DNA from: a virus
Taxonomy: Duplodnaviria; Caudoviricetes
Virus record (IMG/VR): IMGVR_UViG_3300046707_000046
Coordinates: 1 to 53,646 of that record
Direction: 5' to 3' (one strand)
DNA: 53,646 nucleotides
Shown here: in pieces, positions 44,850-52,394 of the stretch
How positions within the stretch are numbered: the stretch's first letter is position 1
How the letters are laid out: each line of letters opens with the position of its first letter
Made by a program: the position numbers and the translations under genes
Notes under the pieces: model-generated
Database searches by the model: none
What the model was told of the DNA's origin: nothing
The model's input: the letters and a program-made list of their open reading frames with translations, nothing else

Positions 44850-46708
44850 TCACCCTTAGCGAACTCTACGTTTCCCTGGTCGATCAGGTCCGGGGCCAAG
44901 TCCTTAGCAAGGTCTGCGGTCACCATCTCGAACCTGAATGGACGGGCTGCACCGGGGTTACGCTTGTCCCACTTCCGGTATGCCCTGATCTCATCCGCTA
45001 TATCCTTAGCGGCAGCCCCCGTCTGGGGGCTAGTGGACTTGACCGGGCGTCGCTGTGTCGGTGACACCGGCTGCCCTTCCGGGTCGGTGTTGACCTTCTC
45101 GCTGGCGGGCTCGATCATTACCCCGGCTGGTGCGAGCTTAGACGCACCGTCAAGGAACACTACGCCACGGGCGGTCTGCTCGTGAAGCATATCCGCCTCA
45201 GGTACGCCGACAGGCGGCATTCCCGCACGGACTCGTGCTTCATTGATGGTCATCCGGCCAGACTTAACCCGGTTCTCATCTACGCTATCAGCGGACGCCT
45301 CATCCTCGTCATCCATCCCGAGGAAGGCAAATTCAAGGTCAGGCGACATTTGAAGCTGCGTGCGGCTTATCATGGTAAGGAACTTGCTGAACCACCGGGT
45401 GTCCGGCAGGAGGCCCTTACGGAATTGGATATCCTGCTGTCCCTCATGGTAACCGCTGGAACCAAGGCCACCCTGTTCCGTGAAGCCAAGCTCAGTCACA
45501 GTCAGCCCGAAGTGCATTGCCACAAGCTTGATCAGGTGAAGATCGTAGTCGGCCTTGTAGCGTTCCTCGATCGCGTGGTTTTCCTGAAGCTCAAAGCCGG
45601 GGGGCATGAACTGCTGGCGGTACCTTTCGGCAGTCTGACCGCCGTAACGGTCATTGTACTGCCTCTCCATCTCAAGAATCTGCCGGGCGCTAAAAGGCGA
45701 ATTCTCGGGTACCTTAACCCAGCCTCGTGCTGCCGTGCCCTGCGTGTACTCCGAGAGCATCCACTCAAACCGCTTGTTGTAAAGCAGCCCGTCAAGCAGC
45801 GCCTGCTCTGTCGGCCCGAACCCGTAAGGGTTATGCAGCCGGGGAACACGACGCCGGTATACTAGCTGTGTTGACTGTAGCCCGCCAGGTACCGTCTGCT
45901 GGCCAGTCTTCGGGTCGGTAAGATAGTCAGCCTGAAACTCGCCACGGGGGAAACCGTACAGAATTTGCTGGTAGGCAACGGAAGGCGGTTCCGGCCGGCT
46001 GCCCTGCTCGTCAAGGATCGGCTTGATAGTCGATCCGTCTATGAGCATCAGGTCCAGCAGTTCCCCGCCGTAGGTGCGCCGGGGGTAGATTGCGATGGCG
46101 TCGAAAACAAGCTGTTCCTCAAGGGCAATCGAAATCCACTCCTGAAAGTCCCTTCCGTTCCGGCGGTCGGGATTCTCCCAGAAATCGGTGCAGCGCTTGA
46201 TCTCGTCCTTGTACTGCACGCGAAGCCGGGCTTCGATGTCCTCCTTAGAGGTGCCTGCTTCCCTCGCCTGCTGCTCCGCAGCCTCGGGGCTTACCCTGAT
46301 AACCCAGTCAAGGGTGCTAAGCTCCTGCTTCTTAACTTCGATGCAAGCACGGAACAGCGGAGTCTCGGAGGTTGACCTGAGGGTATCCCAGCCGACCAGG
46401 CGGTCAGAGAAGTACCGGAGGTTGTTACTGACCGGGTACTGGTACTGACGTGGGTCAGGAAGGCCGCTATCAGGCCGTGGGCGGTCTAGCGGCTCGATCC
46501 CGAGAGGATGCCCCGGCCCGAAGGCGTCAAGCCATTCCTCGGGGCGTAGCAGCGGAGACCCGTTAAAGTCCAGGTCAACATCCCTGCCGCTCGCCCTGAC
46601 CATGAGGTTGACCAGTTGAGAAGCATCCTTGCCTCCCATTGGAGCGGCATTGCGTGCCTTCTCAAGTTCCTCAAGCTCGGCCAGGCGCTTGCGGGATAGC
46701 CATGCCAT
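44804..46708 (-). CDS. Portal protein
   Basis: FGPG.PL, PR.YQY....N, IDG.TI, AYQQI..G.P, YG..P.E, G..TINE.R...G.PP. Confidence 0.92.
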   Translation of the reverse strand: MAWLSRKRLAELEELEKARNAAPMGGKDASQLVNLMVRASGRDVDLDFNGSPLLRPEEWLDAFGPGHPLGIEPLDRPRPDSGLPDPRQYQYPVSNNLRYFSDRLVGWDTLRSTSETPLFRACIEVKKQELSTLDWVIRVSPEAAEQQAREAGTSKEDIEARLRVQYKDEIKRCTDFWENPDRRNGRDFQEWISIALEEQLVFDAIAIYPRRTYGGELLDLMLIDGSTIKPILDEQGSRPEPPSVAYQQILYGFPRGEFQADYLTDPKTGQQTVPGGLQSTQLVYRRRVPRLHNPYGFGPTEQALLDGLLYNKRFEWMLSEYTQGTAARGWVKVPENSPFSARQILEMERQYNDRYGGQTAERYRQQFMPPGFELQENHAIEERYKADYDLHLIKLVAMHFGLTVTELGFTEQGGLGSSGYHEGQQDIQFRKGLLPDTRWFSKFLTMISRTQLQMSPDLEFAFLGMDDEDEASADSVDENRVKSGRMTINEARVRAGMPPVGVPEADMLHEQTARGVVFLDGASKLAPAGVMIEPASEKVNTDPEGQPVSPTQRRPVKSTSPQTGAAAKDIADEIRAYRKWDKRNPGAARPFRFEMVTADLAKDLAPDLIDQGNVEFAKGDADPKAPWSPYSSLG

Positions 46709-46711
46709 GTT

Positions 46712-48142
46712 CTAGTAGCGTCCCGTCTTAATTAGATCGAACCATTCTTCGGCCACCGAGATTCCGGGTGGCGTGTAGAAGGCGAGTAGCAGCGCATCTG
46801 CGTTATCTGGCGAGCGGCCGGCCCGCTTCCTGATCTCGTCCTTTGGCTCAACCTGTATCCGTCCTCGTAGGTCATGCTTGTACCGTGGCTCAAGCAATTG
46901 TGCAATGGTTGCGTCCGCATTTTCCATGCGGGACAGGTCCATGATGCGTGCCTCAGCAGCGAGCCTGCCTACCTCCCACCAAATCTGGGATCGGAGGTTG
47001 TAGTACATGTTAGGGTCTGAAGCCCTCTCGGACACCGATACCGCTATGATGTCCGCGTTATGCGCTCCCCGGTCACGCAGGTTACGCAATTCTCCCACAA
47101 GCCCGGCCCCGATGCCTATTGCATCGACCTTGACTCTCGTTGCGCCACTCTGGTTGATAGCAGCCAGCACAAGACGGGAGATAGTCTCCGGGCGGTCTGA
47201 GCGCTCCCGCCATTCACGGCCCGCGATTATCCCGCGTCGTTCCCTGATGACGGTTTCGTCCCCGCCGCCGCCTACGTCAACGCCAAGCTCGACCGGCAGC
47301 ATTTCCTTCTGGGTACGCGGGGCAGGTATACCGCAAGCGTACAAGTCGCTCATGCGGACGACAGACCACGGGTGATCTGTCGGGAACTCCCCGAGAACCT
47401 TCGAGATGTACAGCGGATTGTCTATACCCCACTCTGCGGCCCTCTCGTCGGCCCATGACACGGGCGTCAGGACTTCACGCAGGTAGTCAGGTACAGGCTC
47501 ACCCGTAAAGTTCGGGGAGTCGAAGCAGCTTATCTTGAAGGACTTCCAGCCGGGTGCGCCCTGGCACAGCCGCCTGAAGTGGCTGTTAGGGTCATCGGGG
47601 TTCCCGATTGCCAGAATCCGGCAGTGCTGCCCTGTCGTAACGGTTTCGACGGCAGTCCAGAGACCTGAGGGGATTCCGCATGCTTCGTCAAGAACGACGA
47701 GAACGAAGCGGCGATGCCATCCCTGAAACGCCGACTGTGAGTAGTCGGGGGGCTTGCGGCCCATGCCGACAATCCTATCGCCGATCAGCCACCTGTCTGT
47801 CCGCTGCACGATGCCCCGGAGGTTAGCCTTAGAGTGCAGGCCCCTGATTTCCTCCCAGAGGATGCCGTGGACCTGATCCTGTGAGGGTGCAGTTGAGATG
47901 ACGATCGTGTCATCGGGCGGGTGAGTGTCGATCCACCACGCCGCGAGAACGGCAGCAAGGAAGCTCTTTCCCAGGCCGTGGGCAGACTGGACGGCTGTAT
48001 GCCCGTGCTCGGATACCGACCTGGCTATATCCCGCTGGATAGACCAGAGATGGACCCCTGCCCGTTCCAGTGCCCACTGAACGGGGTCATTGTTCATCTG
48101 CTCGTCTTCAAAGATACGAGCAAGCGCCTCGTAAGCTCCCAT
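46712..48142 (-). CDS. terL: Terminase large subunit
   Basis: SAHGLGKS, VVLDEA, IGNP, V.GEFP, GVDV..GGDET, VD.IG.G, SPD.ADAL. Confidence 0.95.
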   Translation of the reverse strand: MGAYEALARIFEDEQMNNDPVQWALERAGVHLWSIQRDIARSVSEHGHTAVQSAHGLGKSFLAAVLAAWWIDTHPPDDTIVISTAPSQDQVHGILWEEIRGLHSKANLRGIVQRTDRWLIGDRIVGMGRKPPDYSQSAFQGWHRRFVLVVLDEACGIPSGLWTAVETVTTGQHCRILAIGNPDDPNSHFRRLCQGAPGWKSFKISCFDSPNFTGEPVPDYLREVLTPVSWADERAAEWGIDNPLYISKVLGEFPTDHPWSVVRMSDLYACGIPAPRTQKEMLPVELGVDVGGGGDETVIRERRGIIAGREWRERSDRPETISRLVLAAINQSGATRVKVDAIGIGAGLVGELRNLRDRGAHNADIIAVSVSERASDPNMYYNLRSQIWWEVGRLAAEARIMDLSRMENADATIAQLLEPRYKHDLRGRIQVEPKDEIRKRAGRSPDNADALLLAFYTPPGISVAEEWFDLIKTGRY

Positions 48143-48813
48143 TACTTAACCTTGGGCGCTTCAAGCTCTCGCAGAACCTCGGGTACTACCCTGATGCTAA
48201 GCTTCCGCTGTTCCGGCGACAGTTCCAGCCGGCGCAGGATTTCCCTGATGCCCTCGGCTATGAGTATAAGCTCTGCCTCGCGGATACGGGTCTGGCGCTC
48301 TGCGATGCCAAGACGGGTAATCGTCTCGTAAATCTTCAGGCAGCGCTCAGCCGAACGCTCCCACAGGGCGATCTCAGCCCGAAGCTGCTCGCCCGCCCGG
48401 TGCTCGTACCGGACTTCATCGGCCATCAGCAACTGGTCCATCATACTGCGGTAGACCTCACGGTAGGCCGTAGCCTCACTGGCCAGCCGCATAAGCTCGT
48501 CCAGCGGGTCGTCTATATCAGGGATGCCCTGCTTGTTCAGGAACCTCTGGGCTTCCGCACGCTGACGTGCCTCTGAGAGGCGCTGAGCGGCCTTCTGCCT
48601 GACCTGGGGAGCGGCGGCACCGTGGGTATGGCACACGTTCGTCCCGCTGTCTGCGTAGCGCCCGCAGCGCTTGCCTGACCCGTCCTTCCAGTGGGCCGTG
48701 CAACGCCGTGGATCATCCTCAGCAAGTGCTACCTTGGTCCCGCTGTTACCGGGACGCCCCACACTGCCAGGGCTGACGACAAGACGGTCTGCCGGGTTCC
48801 TGGCAAGTGTCAA
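48142..48813 (-). CDS. terS: Terminase small subunit
   Basis: C.A....G.RC.......VC..HG...PQV; upstream of terL. Confidence 0.75.
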   Translation of the reverse strand: MTLARNPADRLVVSPGSVGRPGNSGTKVALAEDDPRRCTAHWKDGSGKRCGRYADSGTNVCHTHGAAAPQVRQKAAQRLSEARQRAEAQRFLNKQGIPDIDDPLDELMRLASEATAYREVYRSMMDQLLMADEVRYEHRAGEQLRAEIALWERSAERCLKIYETITRLGIAERQTRIREAELILIAEGIREILRRLELSPEQRKLSIRVVPEVLRELEAPKVK

Positions 48814-48825
48814 AGTGATCCCTCA

Positions 48826-48909
48826 CTAGTAGCGGAGCATGAGAATGAACAGGACGAAAAAGACTGCTACTGACACCGCGCTGAGTATCAGGCCGTCGTA
48901 GAAGGTCAC
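48826..48909 (-). CDS. 27-aa membrane peptide
   Basis: TAGTG coupling; LILSAVSVAVFFVLFILML. Confidence 0.5.
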   Translation of the reverse strand: MTFYDGLILSAVSVAVFFVLFILMLRY

Positions 48910-49493
48910 TAGCCCTTGACCACCCGGAAAAACATGGTAGGAGACCAGCCTGCGTAGGTCCACCTGTGCCAGCCAACGTTAGTTCCTGGCTCCTGGGCTC
49001 CGTACGTCATCCACTTGCCCGCGACGATCTCAACATGCCCCGAGCCGAAAAACGCCAGGTCACCCTTACGGGCCTGGCCATGCGTCTCTGGCCGCAGCAG
49101 GTCGCTTGCCAGCATGTCATACGTTGTCCTGGGAAGACTGACGCCCGCATGGTCATAGGAGACCATGACTAGTCCTGAGCAGTCGTAACTAGCCGGCCCG
49201 GTACCGCCCCATACGTAAGGCTTTCCTAGCTGGGTCTTAGCCCACCTGTAGGCCCGTAGTCTCATGGGGGCCGGAGGGGGAAGGCCGTGGCCGGAGTTAA
49301 GCACAGAGCTTATTTCGACCGCCTGCTTACGGAAAGCTGGCACAGTGACCTCTTGCGTAACAGCAGATGACACAAGAGACATGGCCCCCGTGGGTGAGGC
49401 CACGGAGGCGGCCGGGGAGATAATGAGCAGGCCGGCTGCAAGCAGAGGGACTGCTACTGCACCGGCAATCCGGTGCCACAGGCGAGGGAACAT
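48909..49493 (-). CDS. Secreted NlpC/P60 peptidoglycan peptidase
   Basis: Signal peptide; LGKPYVWGG.GP..YDCSGL, LPRT, GDL.FF..GHV. Confidence 0.92.
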   Translation of the reverse strand: MFPRLWHRIAGAVAVPLLAAGLLIISPAASVASPTGAMSLVSSAVTQEVTVPAFRKQAVEISSVLNSGHGLPPPAPMRLRAYRWAKTQLGKPYVWGGTGPASYDCSGLVMVSYDHAGVSLPRTTYDMLASDLLRPETHGQARKGDLAFFGSGHVEIVAGKWMTYGAQEPGTNVGWHRWTYAGWSPTMFFRVVKG

Positions 49494-49515
49494 TGCTGTC
49501 CATTCGTCAGGAGGG

Positions 49516-49588
49516 CTCCGGTTGCTGGGCTCGAACCAGCGACCCTCCGCTTAACGGGCGGACGCTCTGCCGACTGAGCTAAACCGGA
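49516..49588 (-). tRNA. tRNA-Asn(GTT), C at position 33
   Basis: Cloverleaf TCCGGTT/AACCGGA, loop CCGTTAA, TTCGAGC, G73. Confidence 0.9.
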
Positions 49589-49646
49589 CTGTTTTGCAAA
49601 GGCTTTCACTAGTCTCAGGATGACACCTACCCTTGCGGAGACCTCG

Positions 49647-49719
49647 CTCCCCCGGGTGGACTCGAACCACCAGTCTCCGGTTCCAGAGACCGGCGGCCTG
49701 CCAATTGGCCTACGGGGGA
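49647..49719 (-). tRNA. tRNA-Gln(CTG)
   Basis: TCCCCCG/CGGGGGA, loop CTCTGGA, TTCGAGT. Confidence 0.92.
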
Positions 49720-49786
49720 AACGATCTTTATGCAGTCTTGCTGGGCCGAGGGTAAAACTGAACCATGCCAGATATCACCCCCGCCG

Positions 49787-49860
49787 TGGAGCCGGCAGGA
49801 CTTGAACCTGCGACCGACTGGTTGCAAACCAGTTGCACTATCCAACTGTGCTACGGCCCC
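49787..49860 (-). tRNA. tRNA-Ala(TGC)
   Basis: GGGGCCG/CGGCTCC with G3:U70, loop TTTGCAA. Confidence 0.95.
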
Positions 49861-49883
49861 ATATGGGTAAGCAAATAAGCAGC

Positions 49884-50062
49884 GGGCGAGGGGATTAATA
49901 GAATAGCACCGGCTGGCCTCGCCGGTGCCTAATCGGGTGCCCCTTCATTTGGTCCTGCCGGACATCAGCCGTCAGGCCCGCCTTAATTGGGGAGGGTGAC
50001 CAGACTTTCACTGGCTTATGCAAGGTCCACGGCCTTGCGCTTCGTTTACTTCCGCCTCGCCC
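49884..50062 (-). ncRNA. Unknown structured RNA between tRNA-fMet and tRNA-Ala
   Basis: Terminal stem GGGCGAGG/CCTCGCCC enclosing hairpins GCAAGG/CCTTGC, GCCAG/CTGGT and GCACCGGC/GCCGGTGC. Confidence 0.55.
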
Positions 50063-50066
50063 TCAG

Positions 50067-50140
50067 TAGCGGTGGTGGGATTTGAACCCACGGCCTACGG
50101 GTTATGAGCCCGCCGAGCTACCGAACTGCTCCACACCGCG
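50067..50140 (-). tRNA. Initiator tRNA-fMet(CAT)
   Basis: C1:U72 mismatch, GGG/CCC anticodon stem, loop CTCATAA. Confidence 0.93.
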
Positions 50141-50171
50141 TCGTTTTCATTCTTCGTAATACCTAACTAAG

Positions 50172-50242
50172 AGCCCGACACCGGACTCGAACCGATATAG
50201 CCAGCTTGGAAGGCTGGCGTCCTGCCATTGAACGAGTCGGGC
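50172..50242 (-). tRNA. tRNA-Gly(TCC)
   Basis: GCCCGAC/GTCGGGC, loop CTTCCAA, U73. Confidence 0.93.
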
Positions 50243-50248
50243 GCAGTC

Positions 50249-50391
50249 GGCTAGCCGGTAGCCCTACACGGCCCCCATGTTAGCGGGGAACCCGCCTTTG
50301 TTATCCCTTAACCGTAGTGGATGCACCCACCAGCGGCTGCCCTGCGTCTCACCCGGAGGGGGTGACGCCTGCCTCGGGTTTCCAGCTAGCC
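50249..50391 (-). ncRNA. Unknown structured RNA upstream of tRNA-Gly
   Basis: 10-bp terminal stem GGCTAGCTGG/CCGGCTAGCC enclosing three hairpins. Confidence 0.5.
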
Positions 50392-51287
50392 TGAGCGGCG
50401 AAGCCGCTGTCAATCAAAGATGCCCTTCGGGCATCCGCCACGGGTAGCGGGTAACCGGGGGAGAACCGGCCTGATCCAGTAACAGCTCAACCCGTGGATA
50501 CTAACCAGGGGTACTACTACTATACGCGAGCCCCTCAAGGGCTCGCTTTACTACTAGTAACTAACTACCCCCACTATATATATAGAGGAAACCTTACCCA
50601 AACGTTTCTCACTTTTTCCATGATTTTTTAGACATAGCCCCTGACCTGGGGTTCTACCTGAAAAAAGTTTTGGGCTCCTGTCCCTATCAAGATCAAAAAC
50701 CAGTGTCAGATGGTCCAGTATAAATTTTGCGGTTGGGTAGCCGGAATTCCCCACCATCCCGGCCGGCAAACGCCGGCAACTGCCCTGGTCACCACCACCC
50801 CCGGCCGATGGCAAGCCCCTGACCATGCCCTTAGCCGGAGGCTAAGAACCCTTAGGTAGTTAGCCTTGCTAACCACTTGGTGGGGGGTAGGGGATGGTTG
50901 CCCGGCCCGTGGGCCGGATGATGGGAGACACCTACCTCCCCACATCCCATGCCAGCACCACGCCAGCCCGAGAGGCAGGCAAGACCAAGCCAGGCCATGC
51001 CCTGAACGGGGCTGAGAAGCCCCTACGGGCGGATACCCCTGGCTACCCCACCCCCGTACCCTAAGAAGCAAGCCAGGGGCTTAGAAGGCATCTGAGAGCT
51101 GCACTGGCACGGGGTATCACGACACGCATGTTTACCAGGGCATACCGGGCACTCGCAGGGGATTCCCTACTTGACCGCAGGTTAACTAGGAGGGGATTAT
51201 CGTTAGCAAAGCTAACGACCTAAGAACTTTCTTACCTAGCCTGACCTGGGCAAACACGGTTAGCCGTAAGTTACTCGCCAGTACAGT

Positions 51288-51316
51288 TTGACAAGGTTCA
51301 GCCTCTACGGCAATGT
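51288..51316 (+). promoter_or_regulatory. Putative early sigma70-type promoter
   Basis: TTGACA-N17-CAATGT upstream of the whole rightward block. Confidence 0.65.
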
Positions 51317-51399
51317 TGTGCATGTTCCACCGTACGACAACAGCAAGACAGGCCAGCTAGGCTAGCTAGCAAGAGCGGCTAGGCGGACTGAATGCCAAT

Positions 51400-51420
51400 C
51401 GTTACTTGTCAACTGAATAG
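51400..51420 (+). promoter_or_regulatory. rrn boxA-like antitermination motif
   Basis: CGTTACTTGTCAACTGAATAG resembles the actinobacterial rrn leader motif (T/C)GTTGTTTGAGAACTCAATAG; ~85 nt after the promoter. Confidence 0.55.
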
Positions 51421-51575
51421 TCATCCCGAGCAAGGTCGGGAAGCATAGGTGAGCTAGCTAACGTTCACATGTGCGAGCGGACGGCGGACGTATCCAATCG
51501 TTGCTAAGTAACTCGTACTCGAAACCGGCTTACACGTGCGAGTGTCCTGAAACGTAACAGTGCGGACCTAAAGAC

Positions 51576-51899
51576 TCTCTCTCACTTCTCACAAGTGACT
51601 GCCAGCCGTAAGACTGGCGGTTGCTTAGGGAGCATGGGAACCGATGGATGCCTAGCGCATGGGTAACGCTGTAAGCCGCTAGGCGCGACCTGGGAAAGCC
51701 ACTACAGCCCGTTAGCGGGTGCTATGAACAGCGTGGATAGGTAACGTCGGAAGGGTAAGCCGGCGTCATCCGGCTACGTGGCTGAAAAGACGTAAACCGG
51801 AACGATTCGTGATCGTTAAGGATACTCACCAAATTGCCAGTAGCAAACCTGTCTGTCCCATGCTTCCTAAGTGGTCATTCACCGTGAGGAATAGGGAGA
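51576..51899 (+). ncRNA. Large structured leader RNA of unknown family
   Basis: 16-bp closing stem 51624-51639/51856-51871, several internal hairpins and long-range pairings, no credible ORF. Confidence 0.65.
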
Positions 51900-51907
51900 A
51901 ACAACGC

Positions 51908-52126
51908 ATGATGTATTTCGTTATAACGTTTAAGAACAATGGCTACGGCTCACAGAAAACAGTCATGCGGCAGACAAGGCATGAGAGCAACGTCTTTCGC
52001 AACACTGTTGAGGTGCTTACCTCCGAAGGATTCAAGGCGGTTGATACTCTGCCTGATTTCGACTGCCAGCCGCTCAGCGTGCCGACCATGACTCAGCTAT
52101 CAGCACTCGGAGTACGGTTCGCATGA
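51908..52126 (+). CDS. Hypothetical first early protein
   Basis: SD AGGGAG, then ATG; open frame of 72 aa. Confidence 0.65.
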   Translation: MMYFVITFKNNGYGSQKTVMRQTRHESNVFRNTVEVLTSEGFKAVDTLPDFDCQPLSVPTMTQLSALGVRFA

Positions 52127-52263
52127 TCGGTCACCTGATAACCGGCGGATGCCTGCCGGTGATCATGCAATACGCTCACTGTGCAATCCGTCACTGCCTG
52201 CCGCATAGCGGCGGCCGGAACTACTGGGTTGCCTATCTGATCTACGTAGGGCACATTCGCTAG
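52123..52263 (+). CDS. Small hypothetical protein (46 aa)
   Basis: ATGA overlap with the upstream stop. Confidence 0.45.
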   Translation: MIGHLITGGCLPVIMQYAHCAIRHCLPHSGGRNYWVAYLIYVGHIR

Positions 52264-52394
52264 CGCGTTGCGGGAGACAGGTCGTCAGTCAGTCAGATAC
52301 CTGTCTGCCGTTGCTTGCTAGGGTAACGGCAAGTGCTAAGTGTCCGGGTAAGCAAAACCGGACAAATCCTGTGAGAGGGAGAGGGAACGGGCAA

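Noticed and set aside
49940-50015. Hammerhead or theta (HDV-like) ribozyme next to the tRNAs
   Set aside because: CTGATG lacks the following A and GAAA is on the wrong side; I could not build the HDV nested pseudoknot
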